A stretch of DNA of 64,000 nucleotides from an uncultured Alphaproteobacteria bacterium (GTDB lineage: Bacteria; Pseudomonadota; Alphaproteobacteria; Rhizobiales; Beijerinckiaceae), in the NCBI GenBank assembly GCA_963732155.1, contig CAVSYB010000006.1, positions 400,296-464,295 of the forward strand, in the 5' to 3' direction. Position 1 is the stretch's first letter. Each line of letters begins with the position of its first letter. The notes below the pieces were generated by a model. It did not search any database and was not told the origin of the DNA. It worked only from the letters and a program-made list of their open reading frames with translations. The position numbers and the translations under genes were made by a program. Shown in pieces: positions 1 through 8,280 of the stretch.

Positions 1-1076
1 CGCAGGCGGCGCTCGCCCAGCGGGACCAGCGCCGTCGTCGTCTCCGCCGCGACCGCCCCGCTGATCAGCACGCTGCGGCCGAGGGGACGGCACAGGCCTT
101 CGAGCCGGCTGACGAGGTTGACCGCCGGGCCGATCGCGGTGAAGTCCAACCGGTCGGCCGTGCCGACATTGCCCCACAGCATTTCGCCCAGATGCAGGGC
201 GAGGCCGAAGCGCAGGGGCGGCAGACCTTGGCCGGCGCGCGTCCGGTCGAGATGCGCCATGCCGGCAAGCGCTGCGCCGACGGCGCTGAGCGCGGCGTCG
301 CAGGCGAGGGAAGCGGACCGCTCGCCGATCGGAAAGATCGCCAGCACGCCGTCGCCGATGAACTTCAGCACCTCGCCGCCGAACGCGTGAACGGCGCCGG
401 CGATGCGGTCGAACCAGGCGTCCAGCGCCGCCACCACCGCCTCCGGCGCCAGGGATTCCGACAATTCGGTGAAACCGCGCAAATCGCCGAACAGCAGCAC
501 CGCGCGGATCGCCTCGCCGGTCTCGCGCCGCGACCGCCCCGCCATCACCTGCGCGGCGCCGCGGCGTCCGAGATAGGCTTCGAGCAGCCCGGCCAGCGTC
601 GCCCGCGCGCTGAGGGCGGCGAGCGGCGCCGCGGCGAAGCGCGCCGCCTGTCGCAACAATGCGGCTTCGGGTTCGGCGAGCGGCCGGGAGACCGCCCATG
701 CGAGCGCCGGGCTGCCGGAAGGCGGGTTCTGCGCCGGTGGGCCGGCGACAGCCTCCGGCGCCAGCCCGGCGCCGAGCCGGGCGAGCCATTCGCGCCCGAC
801 CTTGGCCTGTTCGGGGTCGCCGCCGGGTCCGGCCGGACCCATCGATCCGAAGCCCAGCGCCTCGATCACCAGCCCCGTTTCGGCCCGCCACAACCAGGTG
901 CGGCGGGCGATGATCGGATGGGCCGGCGTCAAGGTCAGCGCGCCGCCGGCGAGCGGCACGCCGTCGGCGATCAATTTCGCGCCGAGGGTCGCCAGCAGCC
1001 GGTCGGCGCCCCGCTCGGCGCTGGCCTCGTCGATCAGCCAGGCGAGAGTGGGGGGCAGCCGCATCGGCGCGATCAT
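1..1076 (-). CDS. Class III adenylate/guanylate cyclase; C-terminus runs off the window edge
   Basis: Not in the ORF track because it is open at position 1. My minus-strand translation from the ATG at 1076 gives MIAPMRLPPTLAWLIDE... and cyclase-core motifs VLLFGDLRGFTELSE, KFIGDGVLAIF and GNVGTADRLDFTAIGPAVNLVSRLE. Confidence 0.8.
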   Translation of the reverse strand, partial: MIAPMRLPPTLAWLIDEASAERGADRLLATLGAKLIADGVPLAGGALTLTPAHPIIARRTWLWRAETGLVIEALGFGSMGPAGPGGDPEQAKVGREWLARLGAGLAPEAVAGPPAQNPPSGSPALAWAVSRPLAEPEAALLRQAARFAAAPLAALSARATLAGLLEAYLGRRGAAQVMAGRSRRETGEAIRAVLLFGDLRGFTELSESLAPEAVVAALDAWFDRIAGAVHAFGGEVLKFIGDGVLAIFPIGERSASLACDAALSAVGAALAGMAHLDRTRAGQGLPPLRFGLALHLGEMLWGNVGTADRLDFTAIGPAVNLVSRLEGLCRPLGRSVLISGAVAAETTTALVPLGERRL

Positions 1077-1159
1077 AGCGTCGCGGCGCCGGCGTGAAAA
1101 TGCGCTTTCGCTCGAGACCGACGCCGCGTCGCGCCGCCGCCGGTCGATCCGGCCGACGG

Positions 1160-1885
1160 TCAGGCTCGGCGGCTCGCCGCCCGCGAGGGCCGCTTCGACC
1201 GCTTGCCCGCGGGGTCGACCGCGGTCGTGGCGCCGCCGCCCGCCGCGGCGACCCGCCCGGGCCGGCGGACCGCCCTCACCTTTCCGCTGGCTCCGCCGCC
1301 GCAGAAAAACCGATCGCCGCCGTCGGACTCGAGCCCCGACACGCCCGTTCCGGCCGGCATCTCGAGACTCTCCAGGACCTCTCCCGTTCGAGGATCGATC
1401 CGCCTGACGTCGCTCTCCTCCCCTTCCCACGTGCCGTGCCACAGCTCGCCGTCGATCCAGGTGACGCCGGTGACGAAGCGGTTGGACTCGATGGTGCGAA
1501 GGATCGCCCCGGTCTCGGGATCGATTTGATGGATCTTCCGGCCGCGATGCCGCCCCACCCACAGCGTGCCCTCGGCCCACGCGAGCCCTGAGTCGCCGCC
1601 GCCGCCGGGCGCCGGGATCGTCGCGAGCACATGGCCGGTCTGGGGATCGATCTTCTGGATGCGATCCTCGGCGATCTGAAACAGGTGCTCGCCGTCGAAG
1701 GCCGTTCCGGCATGCGCGGCGACATCGATCGAGCGCGCCATCGTCCCGCTCGCCGGATCGAAGGCGTTCAGCTTGTCGCCGGACGCAAACCACACTTGCT
1801 GACCGTCAAAGGTGACCCCGTTGACGCGCGCGGCGCCCGGAAAGGGTCCATATTCCCGGAGGATTTCGGCGGCGGATCGTTTCAT
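1160..1885 (-). CDS. Beta-propeller repeat protein (glutamine cyclotransferase-like / Vgb-like fold)
   Basis: 241-aa track ORF with repeated G-x-LW / DP-x-TG blade-like motifs (QVWFASGD, GTLWVGRH, GELWHGTW, IDPETG, IDPRTG). Family assignment is from memory of similar annotations. Confidence 0.6.
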   Translation of the reverse strand: MKRSAAEILREYGPFPGAARVNGVTFDGQQVWFASGDKLNAFDPASGTMARSIDVAAHAGTAFDGEHLFQIAEDRIQKIDPQTGHVLATIPAPGGGGDSGLAWAEGTLWVGRHRGRKIHQIDPETGAILRTIESNRFVTGVTWIDGELWHGTWEGEESDVRRIDPRTGEVLESLEMPAGTGVSGLESDGGDRFFCGGGASGKVRAVRRPGRVAAAGGGATTAVDPAGKRSKRPSRAASRRA

Positions 1886-1894
1886 GCGTCCATC

Positions 1895-3115
1895 CTAGTC
1901 GCCGGGCAGCGGGCCCGGGAGTAACAAGATTGTCGGGAATCCCAGCGCCGGCGGGCTCATCCAGCGACAGGCCCGCCCGCGACCGAACGATTGCGCCTTG
2001 CCCGCCGCCGCAAGCTCGTCGAGCGCCCGCTGCACGGTGCGCGGGCCGGCGCCCAGCGCCAGCGCCAGCGCCGAACTCGACCACAACTCGCCGTCGGCGA
2101 GCAAGGCGAGCACCGCCGCGCGCCGCTCCTCGACGGGCGGCGCCAGCACCACCACCTCGCGCGCGCGGCGCGGCGCCAGCGCAAAGCCTCGCTTGGTCGC
2201 GCTCACGCTGGCCAGCGTGCGCAACGCCGCGCGAAGCCGGCCGACTTCGACCCGCAATCGCGCGCGATGGGATTCGTCGGCGTGTTTGGCCCGGAAGGCG
2301 CGGGCGAGCAGCGTGCTCCTCGGCGCGTCCGCCGGCCAGGCCTCGGCCAGCGTGCGGGCGAGCGCGAACAATACCGGGCGCGTCGTAAGCGACGCCGTCT
2401 CGCCGGCGTCGCGCACGACATGGCGGCACGCGTCGACGACGAGCGCCTTCGAGGCCAGCAGCGCTTCGACGTCGTCGAGCAGGAGGAGCCGCTCCTTGCC
2501 GCGCGTGATCAGGCGCGCCGCGGGCGTGTTCAGCGCGAGGAGCGCGCTTTCGACCTCCGCCGTCAGCGCCGGAATGTCGGCCTCGCGCGCGGCGCGCCCG
2601 GCGCGCGCGAGCGCCGCGCGCGCCGCCTTGCTCCGCAGGCGCCGAATCGCAATTCCCGCCGCCGCCAACTCGTAGCCGACCCGCCAGGCGTGCGGGAGCG
2701 CCGCGGGGTCGAGCCCGGCGAGCACGCGCTCGGCCTCGTCGAGGCGGCCGATCAGCAGCAGGCGCCGGGCCTCGAGATTGCGCGCATGCGCGGCGTTGAC
2801 GCGGTCGCCGTGCGCTTCGAGCGTCGCCCGCGCCGCCTCGAGCGCCTTGGCGGGCCAGCCGAGGTCGCGCGAGACGAGGGCGATCTCGGCCTCGGCGACG
2901 ACGCACCGGGCGCGGGCCGCCGCCTCTTTCGGACCGAAGGCGCGCGCCGCCCTGCGCAGCAGGGATTTCGCCCGCCCGAGATCGCCGAGCTGCGCCATCG
3001 CGATGCCGCGCAGCGCGAGGGCGGGCGCGTCGTCACGCAAGGCGACCCGCTTCAACGCGCCGAGCGGATCGCCCGCCGCCAGCGCGCGCGCCGCCGCGGT
3101 GATCAGCGAGTCCAT
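1895..3115 (-). CDS. Putative regulator: TPR-like helical N-terminal region plus C-terminal winged-helix/HTH
   Basis: 406-aa ORF. C-terminus reads SSSALALALGAGPRTVQRALDELAAAGKAQSFGRG, which is HTH-like. No named family recognised. Confidence 0.55.
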   Translation of the reverse strand: MDSLITAAARALAAGDPLGALKRVALRDDAPALALRGIAMAQLGDLGRAKSLLRRAARAFGPKEAAARARCVVAEAEIALVSRDLGWPAKALEAARATLEAHGDRVNAAHARNLEARRLLLIGRLDEAERVLAGLDPAALPHAWRVGYELAAAGIAIRRLRSKAARAALARAGRAAREADIPALTAEVESALLALNTPAARLITRGKERLLLLDDVEALLASKALVVDACRHVVRDAGETASLTTRPVLFALARTLAEAWPADAPRSTLLARAFRAKHADESHRARLRVEVGRLRAALRTLASVSATKRGFALAPRRAREVVVLAPPVEERRAAVLALLADGELWSSSALALALGAGPRTVQRALDELAAAGKAQSFGRGRACRWMSPPALGFPTILLLPGPLPGD

Positions 3116-3249
3116 CGCAATCCCGTCACACTTGTCACTCCCACCCTGCGACAGAGGGCCGCTAAGTCTATCGCACGATCAACCGGCCGGCGCTTCCCGT
3201 CGAAAACGGACCAGACGACGAGGGACGCCCGGCGAAGGGAGTGGAAGCG

Positions 3250-4038
3250 ATGACGACACACATCACCGGCACACGCGAAGAATGGCTGGCGGCGCGGCTC
3301 GGGTTGCTGGCGGAAGAAAAGGAGCTGACGCGACGCAGCGACGAGGTGGCGCGGCGGCGGCGGGAGCTGCCGTGGGTTCGGATCGACAAGGCGTATCGGT
3401 TCGAGGCCGACCAGGGGAGCGCCTCGCTGGCGGACCTTTTTCAGGGGCGCTCGCAGCTCCTCGTCTACCACTTCATGTTCGGCCCCGACTTCAAGGCGGG
3501 GTGCCCGTCCTGCTCGGCGATCGCCGATGGAATCAACGGCGTCGCCACGCACCTGGCCCATCACGACGTGATGCTGTGGGCGGTGTCGCGGGCGCCGCTC
3601 GCCAAGCTGCAAGCCTACAAGCGGCGTATGGGTTGGTCGTTCCCCTGGGCGTCGTCCTTCGGCGGCGACTTCAACTTCGATTTCAGCGCCTCGTTCACGG
3701 AGGAACAGCAACGCGAGGGGGCCTACTATAATTTCCGCCGCGACGACCCGGTGATGAACGCGGGGCGAGGCGCCTTGCTGAACCCGGTGACCACCGACAA
3801 CGCCGCAACGACCGGGACCGATATGGCCACCTATGTCCGCGAGCGGGAAGGCGTAAGCGCTTTCGCGCTGGAGGACGGGGTCGTCTATCACACCTACTCC
3901 GCCTATGCGCGCGGAGTGGACGGCGTCTGGAGCATGTACCCGTGGCTCGACCGCGCGCCGAAGGGACGCAACGAGAGCGGCCCCTGGCTTCGCCGCCACG
4001 ACGAATACGAAACCGGCGACAAACCCAAAGGCGACTGA
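3250..4038 (+). CDS. DUF899 thioredoxin-like family protein
   Basis: Motifs REEWLAARLGLLAEEKELTR, LPWV, SQLLVYHFMFGPDFKAGCPSCS and VSRAPLAKLQAYKRRMGW are typical of DUF899. ATG at 3250 is preferred over GTG at 3241 because AAGGGAG lies about 10 nt upstream. Confidence 0.8.
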   Translation: MTTHITGTREEWLAARLGLLAEEKELTRRSDEVARRRRELPWVRIDKAYRFEADQGSASLADLFQGRSQLLVYHFMFGPDFKAGCPSCSAIADGINGVATHLAHHDVMLWAVSRAPLAKLQAYKRRMGWSFPWASSFGGDFNFDFSASFTEEQQREGAYYNFRRDDPVMNAGRGALLNPVTTDNAATTGTDMATYVREREGVSAFALEDGVVYHTYSAYARGVDGVWSMYPWLDRAPKGRNESGPWLRRHDEYETGDKPKGD

Positions 4039-4089
4039 CGCCGCCGATCGAGCGCGCCCTGCGCGCCGCCGGAATCGGAGCGCAACCCG

Positions 4090-4947
4090 ATGACTGACGC
4101 GACATTCCCCACCGACCATCCCCAGTGCGCCGCCGCCCGCGACATCGACGCTCGCCTCTCTGGCGAGCGAGCCTCCCGGCGCGCCTTGTTCGGCGTCTCG
4201 GCGCTGCTGTTTCTCGCCAGCGCGGCGGCGACGATCGTCTGGCGCGCGTCGATGTCGGCGATGGGCGCGACGCCGATGCCGGGCGGCTGGACGATGTCGA
4301 TGGCGTGGGCGCCGAGCTGCGGGCAGACGTGGCTCGGCGTCGCGGCGTCGTTCCTCGCCATGTGGATGGTGATGATGGCGGCGATGATGCTGCCGTCGCT
4401 GGCGCCGGCGCTGTGGCGCTATCGCCAGGCGGTCGACGCGACCGGCGAGACCCGCGGCGGTCGGCTGACCGCGCTCGTCGGCCTGGGGTATTTCTTCATC
4501 TGGGCGGTGTCCGGAATGGCCGTGTTTGCGCTGGGCGCGGCGCTGGCGGCGGTCGCGATGCAGGCGCCGTCGTTGGCGCGCGCCGTTCCGATCGCGGTCG
4601 GCGCGGTCGTTATGATCGCTGGCGCGGTCCAGTTCACCGCGTGGAAGGCGCATCGCCTCGCCTGCTGCCGCGAGGCGCCGGGGCGCGGCCGCGCGGCGCG
4701 GGCGGGCGCCGGCGCGGCGTGGCGATACGGCCTGCGTCACGGGCGCCGCTGCATTTTGTGCTGCGCCAATCTGACGGCGATCGTCCTCGTCGTCGGGGTC
4801 ATGGACCTCGGCGCGATGACCCTGGTGACGGCGGCGATCACTCTCGAACGTCTGGCGCCGGCCGGCGAGCGCGTCGCGCGAGCCCTCGGAGCGGCCGTCG
4901 TCGGCGCAGGGTTGTTGCTGATCGCGCGAGCGGCCGGAATGGGATGA
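4090..4947 (+). CDS. DUF2182 predicted metal-binding membrane protein
   Basis: Multi-TM protein with the characteristic WMVMMAAMMLPS motif. Confidence 0.75.
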   Translation: MTDATFPTDHPQCAAARDIDARLSGERASRRALFGVSALLFLASAAATIVWRASMSAMGATPMPGGWTMSMAWAPSCGQTWLGVAASFLAMWMVMMAAMMLPSLAPALWRYRQAVDATGETRGGRLTALVGLGYFFIWAVSGMAVFALGAALAAVAMQAPSLARAVPIAVGAVVMIAGAVQFTAWKAHRLACCREAPGRGRAARAGAGAAWRYGLRHGRRCILCCANLTAIVLVVGVMDLGAMTLVTAAITLERLAPAGERVARALGAAVVGAGLLLIARAAGMG

Positions 4948-5038
4948 GGCTCGCCCGTCTTCACCGGGCGCATCCTTCGTGTCAGAAAGTCAATCGAAGC
5001 GGCGTATCGCGCCGCGCTCTCGCCGATGGAGGTTTCCG

Positions 5039-5486
5039 ATGGCTGAACCGTTCATCGTCCGGCGCGAGGTCCAGATCGCGGCGCCGCCGGCGACCGTCTT
5101 CGCCTTCCTCACCGATCCGGAAAAAATCCTGCGCTGGATGGGCGCGGGGGCGACGGTGGAGCCCCATCTCGATGGTCTCTACCTCGTCAACGTCAATGGC
5201 AGGGACACCGCCGAAGGCCGGTTCACCGAGGTCATCCCGGTCCACCGTCTCGCCTACAGCTTCGGATGGAAGGAGCACGACAGGATGCCGCCGGGATCGA
5301 GCCTGATCGAGATCGACCTCATCGAGCGGGAGGGCGGCACGCAACTGCGCATGACCCACAGCGGCCTGCCCGACGCGGCGCTCTGCGCCGACCATGACGA
5401 GGGCTGGCGGATACTACCTGGCGAGGCTGGCCGTGGCGGCCGCCGGCGGCGATCCCGGACGCGATCGTCGTTGCGAGGCGCGATGA
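5039..5486 (+). pseudogene. SRPBCC (Aha1/START-like) domain protein with an apparent +1 frameshift near 5411
   Basis: GGAGG lies 7 nt upstream of the ATG at 5039. MAEPFIVRREVQIAAPPATVFAFLTDPEKILRWMG...HDEGW is in frame. The conserved tail YYLARLAVAAAGGDPGRD continues in the +1 frame and stops at 5484-5486, whereas the track ORF reads through into an Arg-rich tail to 5641. Confidence 0.6.
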
Positions 5487-5637
5487 TGCGGCGCTCGCCG
5501 CCTGTCGGCGCCACCGCCCGGGCGGTCGTCGCGCCGGCGCGTGTGATCGACTGCGGGGCGGCGCTTGTCATGACGCCCGATCGAAGGCACTGTCGTCGCG
5601 GCTCCCCGAGGAATTCAGCGCCCCGACGAAGCGAACG

Positions 5638-6012
5638 ATGAACCGGCTTGTCATTTCGATCCTGTTGGGCGCCTGCGCGACGCAGGCGCTCGCCGAAACG
5701 GCGTCCCCTACCGGAAAGCGGTTGTTTGGATGGTGCGCAAGCCCGCGAGACTCCAGCACCTTCGCCATATGCACGGGTTACATCGCGGGGTTCATGCAAG
5801 GCGTGACAACGGCGCAAGCGGCCGCCGACAATTACCAATCGAACAGTTTGTGCGCGCCGCCTGACCTGACCGGCCAACAGGCGGTGGCGGTTTTCTTGCG
5901 CACCGTCGGAACGCTCAAGGAGCCGATGCTGAGCCAGGTGATGGGCGAAAGCGCGCCGGGCGCGCTCGCGTCGCTTGCGAAACTGGCCTTCCCCTGCAAG
6001 AAGCCGGATTAG
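5638..6012 (+). CDS. Secreted small protein, Rap1a/Tai4-like (putative T6SS immunity family)
   Basis: Signal peptide MNRLVISILLGACATQALA. The pattern C-x-GYIAGF...LCAPPDLTGQQAVAVFLR...LAFPCKK matches my recollection of the Rap1a/Tai4 layout (conserved Cys pairs, GY-x-G, C-terminal FPC). Confidence 0.5.
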   Translation: MNRLVISILLGACATQALAETASPTGKRLFGWCASPRDSSTFAICTGYIAGFMQGVTTAQAAADNYQSNSLCAPPDLTGQQAVAVFLRTVGTLKEPMLSQVMGESAPGALASLAKLAFPCKKPD

Positions 6013-6134
6013 GACGGCGTCGCGGGCTTGCCCGTTCGGCCGCCGGGCCGGGGCGTGAACCGGAAGCCGGCGGTTGCGGACTGCCGGTCAAGGAGGTCCC
6101 TCGCGACGCGAGCCGGCGCTCGGCAGGACCTCCC

Positions 6135-6377
6135 TCAAGCTCCGGCGGCGACGCTCGAACGCTCCTCGTCAGTCGCTTGCCGGCGCCGCCGCGTCCCGGC
6201 GTGAAATTGCAGCCAGAAGGCGGATTCACGGGCCGTCCAGCCTTCGGCGTCGCGCCGGGTCGCAAAGCGGTCGAGGCGCGTCTCGCCGCCGCTCGGCCAC
6301 GCGACGCGCACGTAGAATTCGGGTCGGTCCGCCGCCTCGCAGACGGCGAACGTCGGGGATTCGCCTTCACGCTCCAT
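6135..6377 (-). CDS. Small hypothetical protein (80 aa)
   Basis: Track ORF. FAVCEAADRPEFYVRVAWPSGGETRLDRFATRRDAEGW resembles small conserved alphaproteobacterial hypotheticals. No function known. Confidence 0.4.
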   Translation of the reverse strand: MEREGESPTFAVCEAADRPEFYVRVAWPSGGETRLDRFATRRDAEGWTARESAFWLQFHAGTRRRRQATDEERSSVAAGA

Positions 6378-6490
6378 GTCCGAAGGATAGCGCCGGAGTC
6401 TGACGGATCGATTGTTTCGACCCCGGCGCGGCGGTTAACGCGCGCCAACGGTTTCACATTCGCGCGTGGGGCGCCGGCGGCTTGGCCGGG

Positions 6491-6769
6491 TCAATCCGGA
6501 CGGCGGCCAAAAAACTCTAAGAGCAAAGCGAAGGCGTCGAGCGCCAATTCGCTCGGCGCCGCCGCCCGGGCCTTGCACCACAGCAGGAAATCGTCGAGCG
6601 AGATGCTGACCAGCCGCGATTCCAGGCCGCAGCGGGAAAGGCCGATCAACAACCCCTCCCGACAGGCGACCCAATCCTCATAGCGCAGGTGTTGCGAAAG
6701 CTCCGGAATGCTGTCCCGCGCGCGCTCGAACTCCTCGGGCGAAAGCATGGCGACGGGACGAACGGACAT
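6491..6769 (-). CDS. Small hypothetical protein (92 aa)
   Basis: Track ORF with non-degenerate composition (LSPEEFERARDSIPELSQHLRYEDWVACREGLL...). Same strand as 6135-6377. Confidence 0.45.
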   Translation of the reverse strand: MSVRPVAMLSPEEFERARDSIPELSQHLRYEDWVACREGLLIGLSRCGLESRLVSISLDDFLLWCKARAAAPSELALDAFALLLEFFGRRPD

Positions 6770-7123
6770 GGCGGCATCGCGATTTTGCGGCGCTGAGCGG
6801 GACGCGCCGTCCCGTTTAATTTACGGGATGAGTTTCAGCGCCCGATCAGGAGGGATCGCCAAGATTTAACGAAAGATTGAATCGCGTCGATCGAAATGGC
6901 GGACCTTCGGAGTTGACGGCGAGCGCGCGCCGATGCGGCGGCTTGCCCATCGCAGGCGGCGGTCCGGTTTGCCAACCGACTATCATCTTGCCTTCGCGTT
7001 CGACGCGCGATTTTTTTCAGACCGTAACGCACCATACAGGAGAGCGGGCGGGAATGCCCTCTCATCTTTGAGGGTTGCGCGGTCGCCGTTGGCGAAGTTC
7101 ACCCCTGAGGCGGAGGCGCAGCC

Positions 7124-7612
7124 ATGGCCGGTCAGACCGATTTCTTTCTCAAGATCGACGGCATCGAGGGCGAGTCGCAAGACGACAAGCACAAGAACGA
7201 GATTCACATCACGTCGTTCGAAATGGGAGGGACCAACGCCGGGTCCGGCGGCTCCAATCAAGGGTCGGGCGTCGGCAAGACGAAGGTCCATGACATCCAC
7301 ATCACCAAGGAAGTCGACAAATCGACGCCGAACATTTTTCTCAATTGCGTGACCGGCAAGCATCATCCGAAGGCGACGATCACCGCGCGCAAGGCCGGCG
7401 AGAAGCCGCACGAATATCTCAAGATCACTTTGGAGGAAGTGTTCATCTCGGGATACACGCTGCAGGCCAAGGACAACGGCAAAATGCCGATCGAACGCTT
7501 TTCGCTCAACTTCGCCTCGGTCGAACAGGAACACAAGGTTCAGAACGCCGACGGAAGCGCGGGCGCCGCGAACAAGAAGAAATTCGACCTCAAGAAGCAC
7601 AAGGCGGCGTGA
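7124..7612 (+). CDS. hcp: Type VI secretion system tube protein Hcp (orphan copy)
   Basis: MAGQTDFFLKIDGIEGESQDDKHKNEIHITSFEMG...TKEVDKSTPNIFLNCVTGKHHPKATITARKAG...EYLKITLEEVFISGY is the canonical Hcp1-family signature. GGAGG lies upstream of the ATG. Confidence 0.9.
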   Translation: MAGQTDFFLKIDGIEGESQDDKHKNEIHITSFEMGGTNAGSGGSNQGSGVGKTKVHDIHITKEVDKSTPNIFLNCVTGKHHPKATITARKAGEKPHEYLKITLEEVFISGYTLQAKDNGKMPIERFSLNFASVEQEHKVQNADGSAGAANKKKFDLKKHKAA

Positions 7613-7715
7613 CCGCCGGCGCAGGGAGCCGGCGCGGGCTCGACGGGCGCTCTGTTCGGGAGCGCCGATCCCCGCCTCGAGCGTCCCGCACGACGACATC
7701 GATGGAGCTCATAAG

Positions 7716-8144
7716 ATGGCAACTTTCTCAATCGGCAGCGACAGCACGTCCGTCAACGTATCCCTGCAATATAACGTGACCAGCGCAAACTCCTGGAGCA
7801 CAACTTCAGGCGACAGCACCATTCTCGGCACAAGCAGCGGAAACTGGATCTGGAGCTCGAGCGCAAACACCGTCAATCTCAACGCGTCGTCGGGAGTCAG
7901 CGCCTGTCAGTTCACCAGCATCAACATGACGATGAGTCTGTCGGACCCGTTCCAGAACGTGGCGAGCGGCGCGAGCGGCCCCGCCGACGTGGGCTCAACG
8001 GTCATGCAGTGGACCCGGACTGACGGGTCCGCATCGTCATCGCCGCCATCCTCGTCGGCCCCATCGTCATCGGCGCCTTCGTCAACGCCCCCCTCGTCAT
8101 CGGCCCCCTCGTCATCGCCGCCATCGTCGTCGCCGCCAAGTTAG
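7716..8144 (+). CDS. Hypothetical Ser/Thr/Asn-rich protein with a C-terminal (P)SS-repeat tail
   Basis: 142-aa ORF 103 nt downstream of hcp on the same strand, with GGAG about 10 nt upstream. No signal peptide, no His, one Cys. The tail reads SSSPPSSSAPSSSAPSSTPPSSSAPSSSPPSSSPPS. Confidence 0.55.
   Translation: MATFSIGSDSTSVNVSLQYNVTSANSWSTTSGDSTILGTSSGNWIWSSSANTVNLNASSGVSACQFTSINMTMSLSDPFQNVASGASGPADVGSTVMQWTRTDGSASSSPPSSSAPSSSAPSSTPPSSSAPSSSPPSSSPPS
8031..8141 (+). repeat. Imperfect tandem coding repeat (tcgtca/tcgtcg-ccN units) encoding the Ser-Pro tail
   Basis: Directly visible: repeated tcgtcatcg(c/g)c(g/c)cc units. Confidence 0.7.
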
Positions 8145-8280
8145 CGCCGGTCGATCGCGCGATGACGCCTCCGCGATCCCCGCACTTTTCAAAGTTGCGG
8201 GGCGCGCGGGCGGACGCTCGCTCGCCGACGCCGATCGGCGGGAGCGACACAGTCGCCGAGCCTCTCGAAGGCGCCCTGTC

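Noticed and set aside
192-1591. Plus-strand ORFs of 301, 201 and 165 aa at the left end
   Set aside because: They are antisense to the adenylate cyclase, which is open at the window edge and so missing from the track, and to the beta-propeller gene. Their composition is degenerate (R/A/G/P).
1806-3253. 366-aa (minus) and 420-aa (plus) ORFs overlapping the 1895-3115 gene
   Set aside because: Arg/Ala-rich out-of-frame or antisense shadows. The 406-aa frame has the only balanced composition and an HTH-like C-terminus.
3103-4740. 545-aa minus-strand ORF
   Set aside because: Extremely Arg/Pro/Ala/His-rich low-complexity product. It lies antisense to the recognisable DUF899 and DUF2182 genes and is a typical high-GC shadow ORF.
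8031-8141. CRISPR-like regular repeats (also at 15215-15420)
   Set aside because: These are in-frame coding tandem repeats (Ser-Pro and Pro-Ala-Asp-Glu tails) with no unique spacers and no cas genes.
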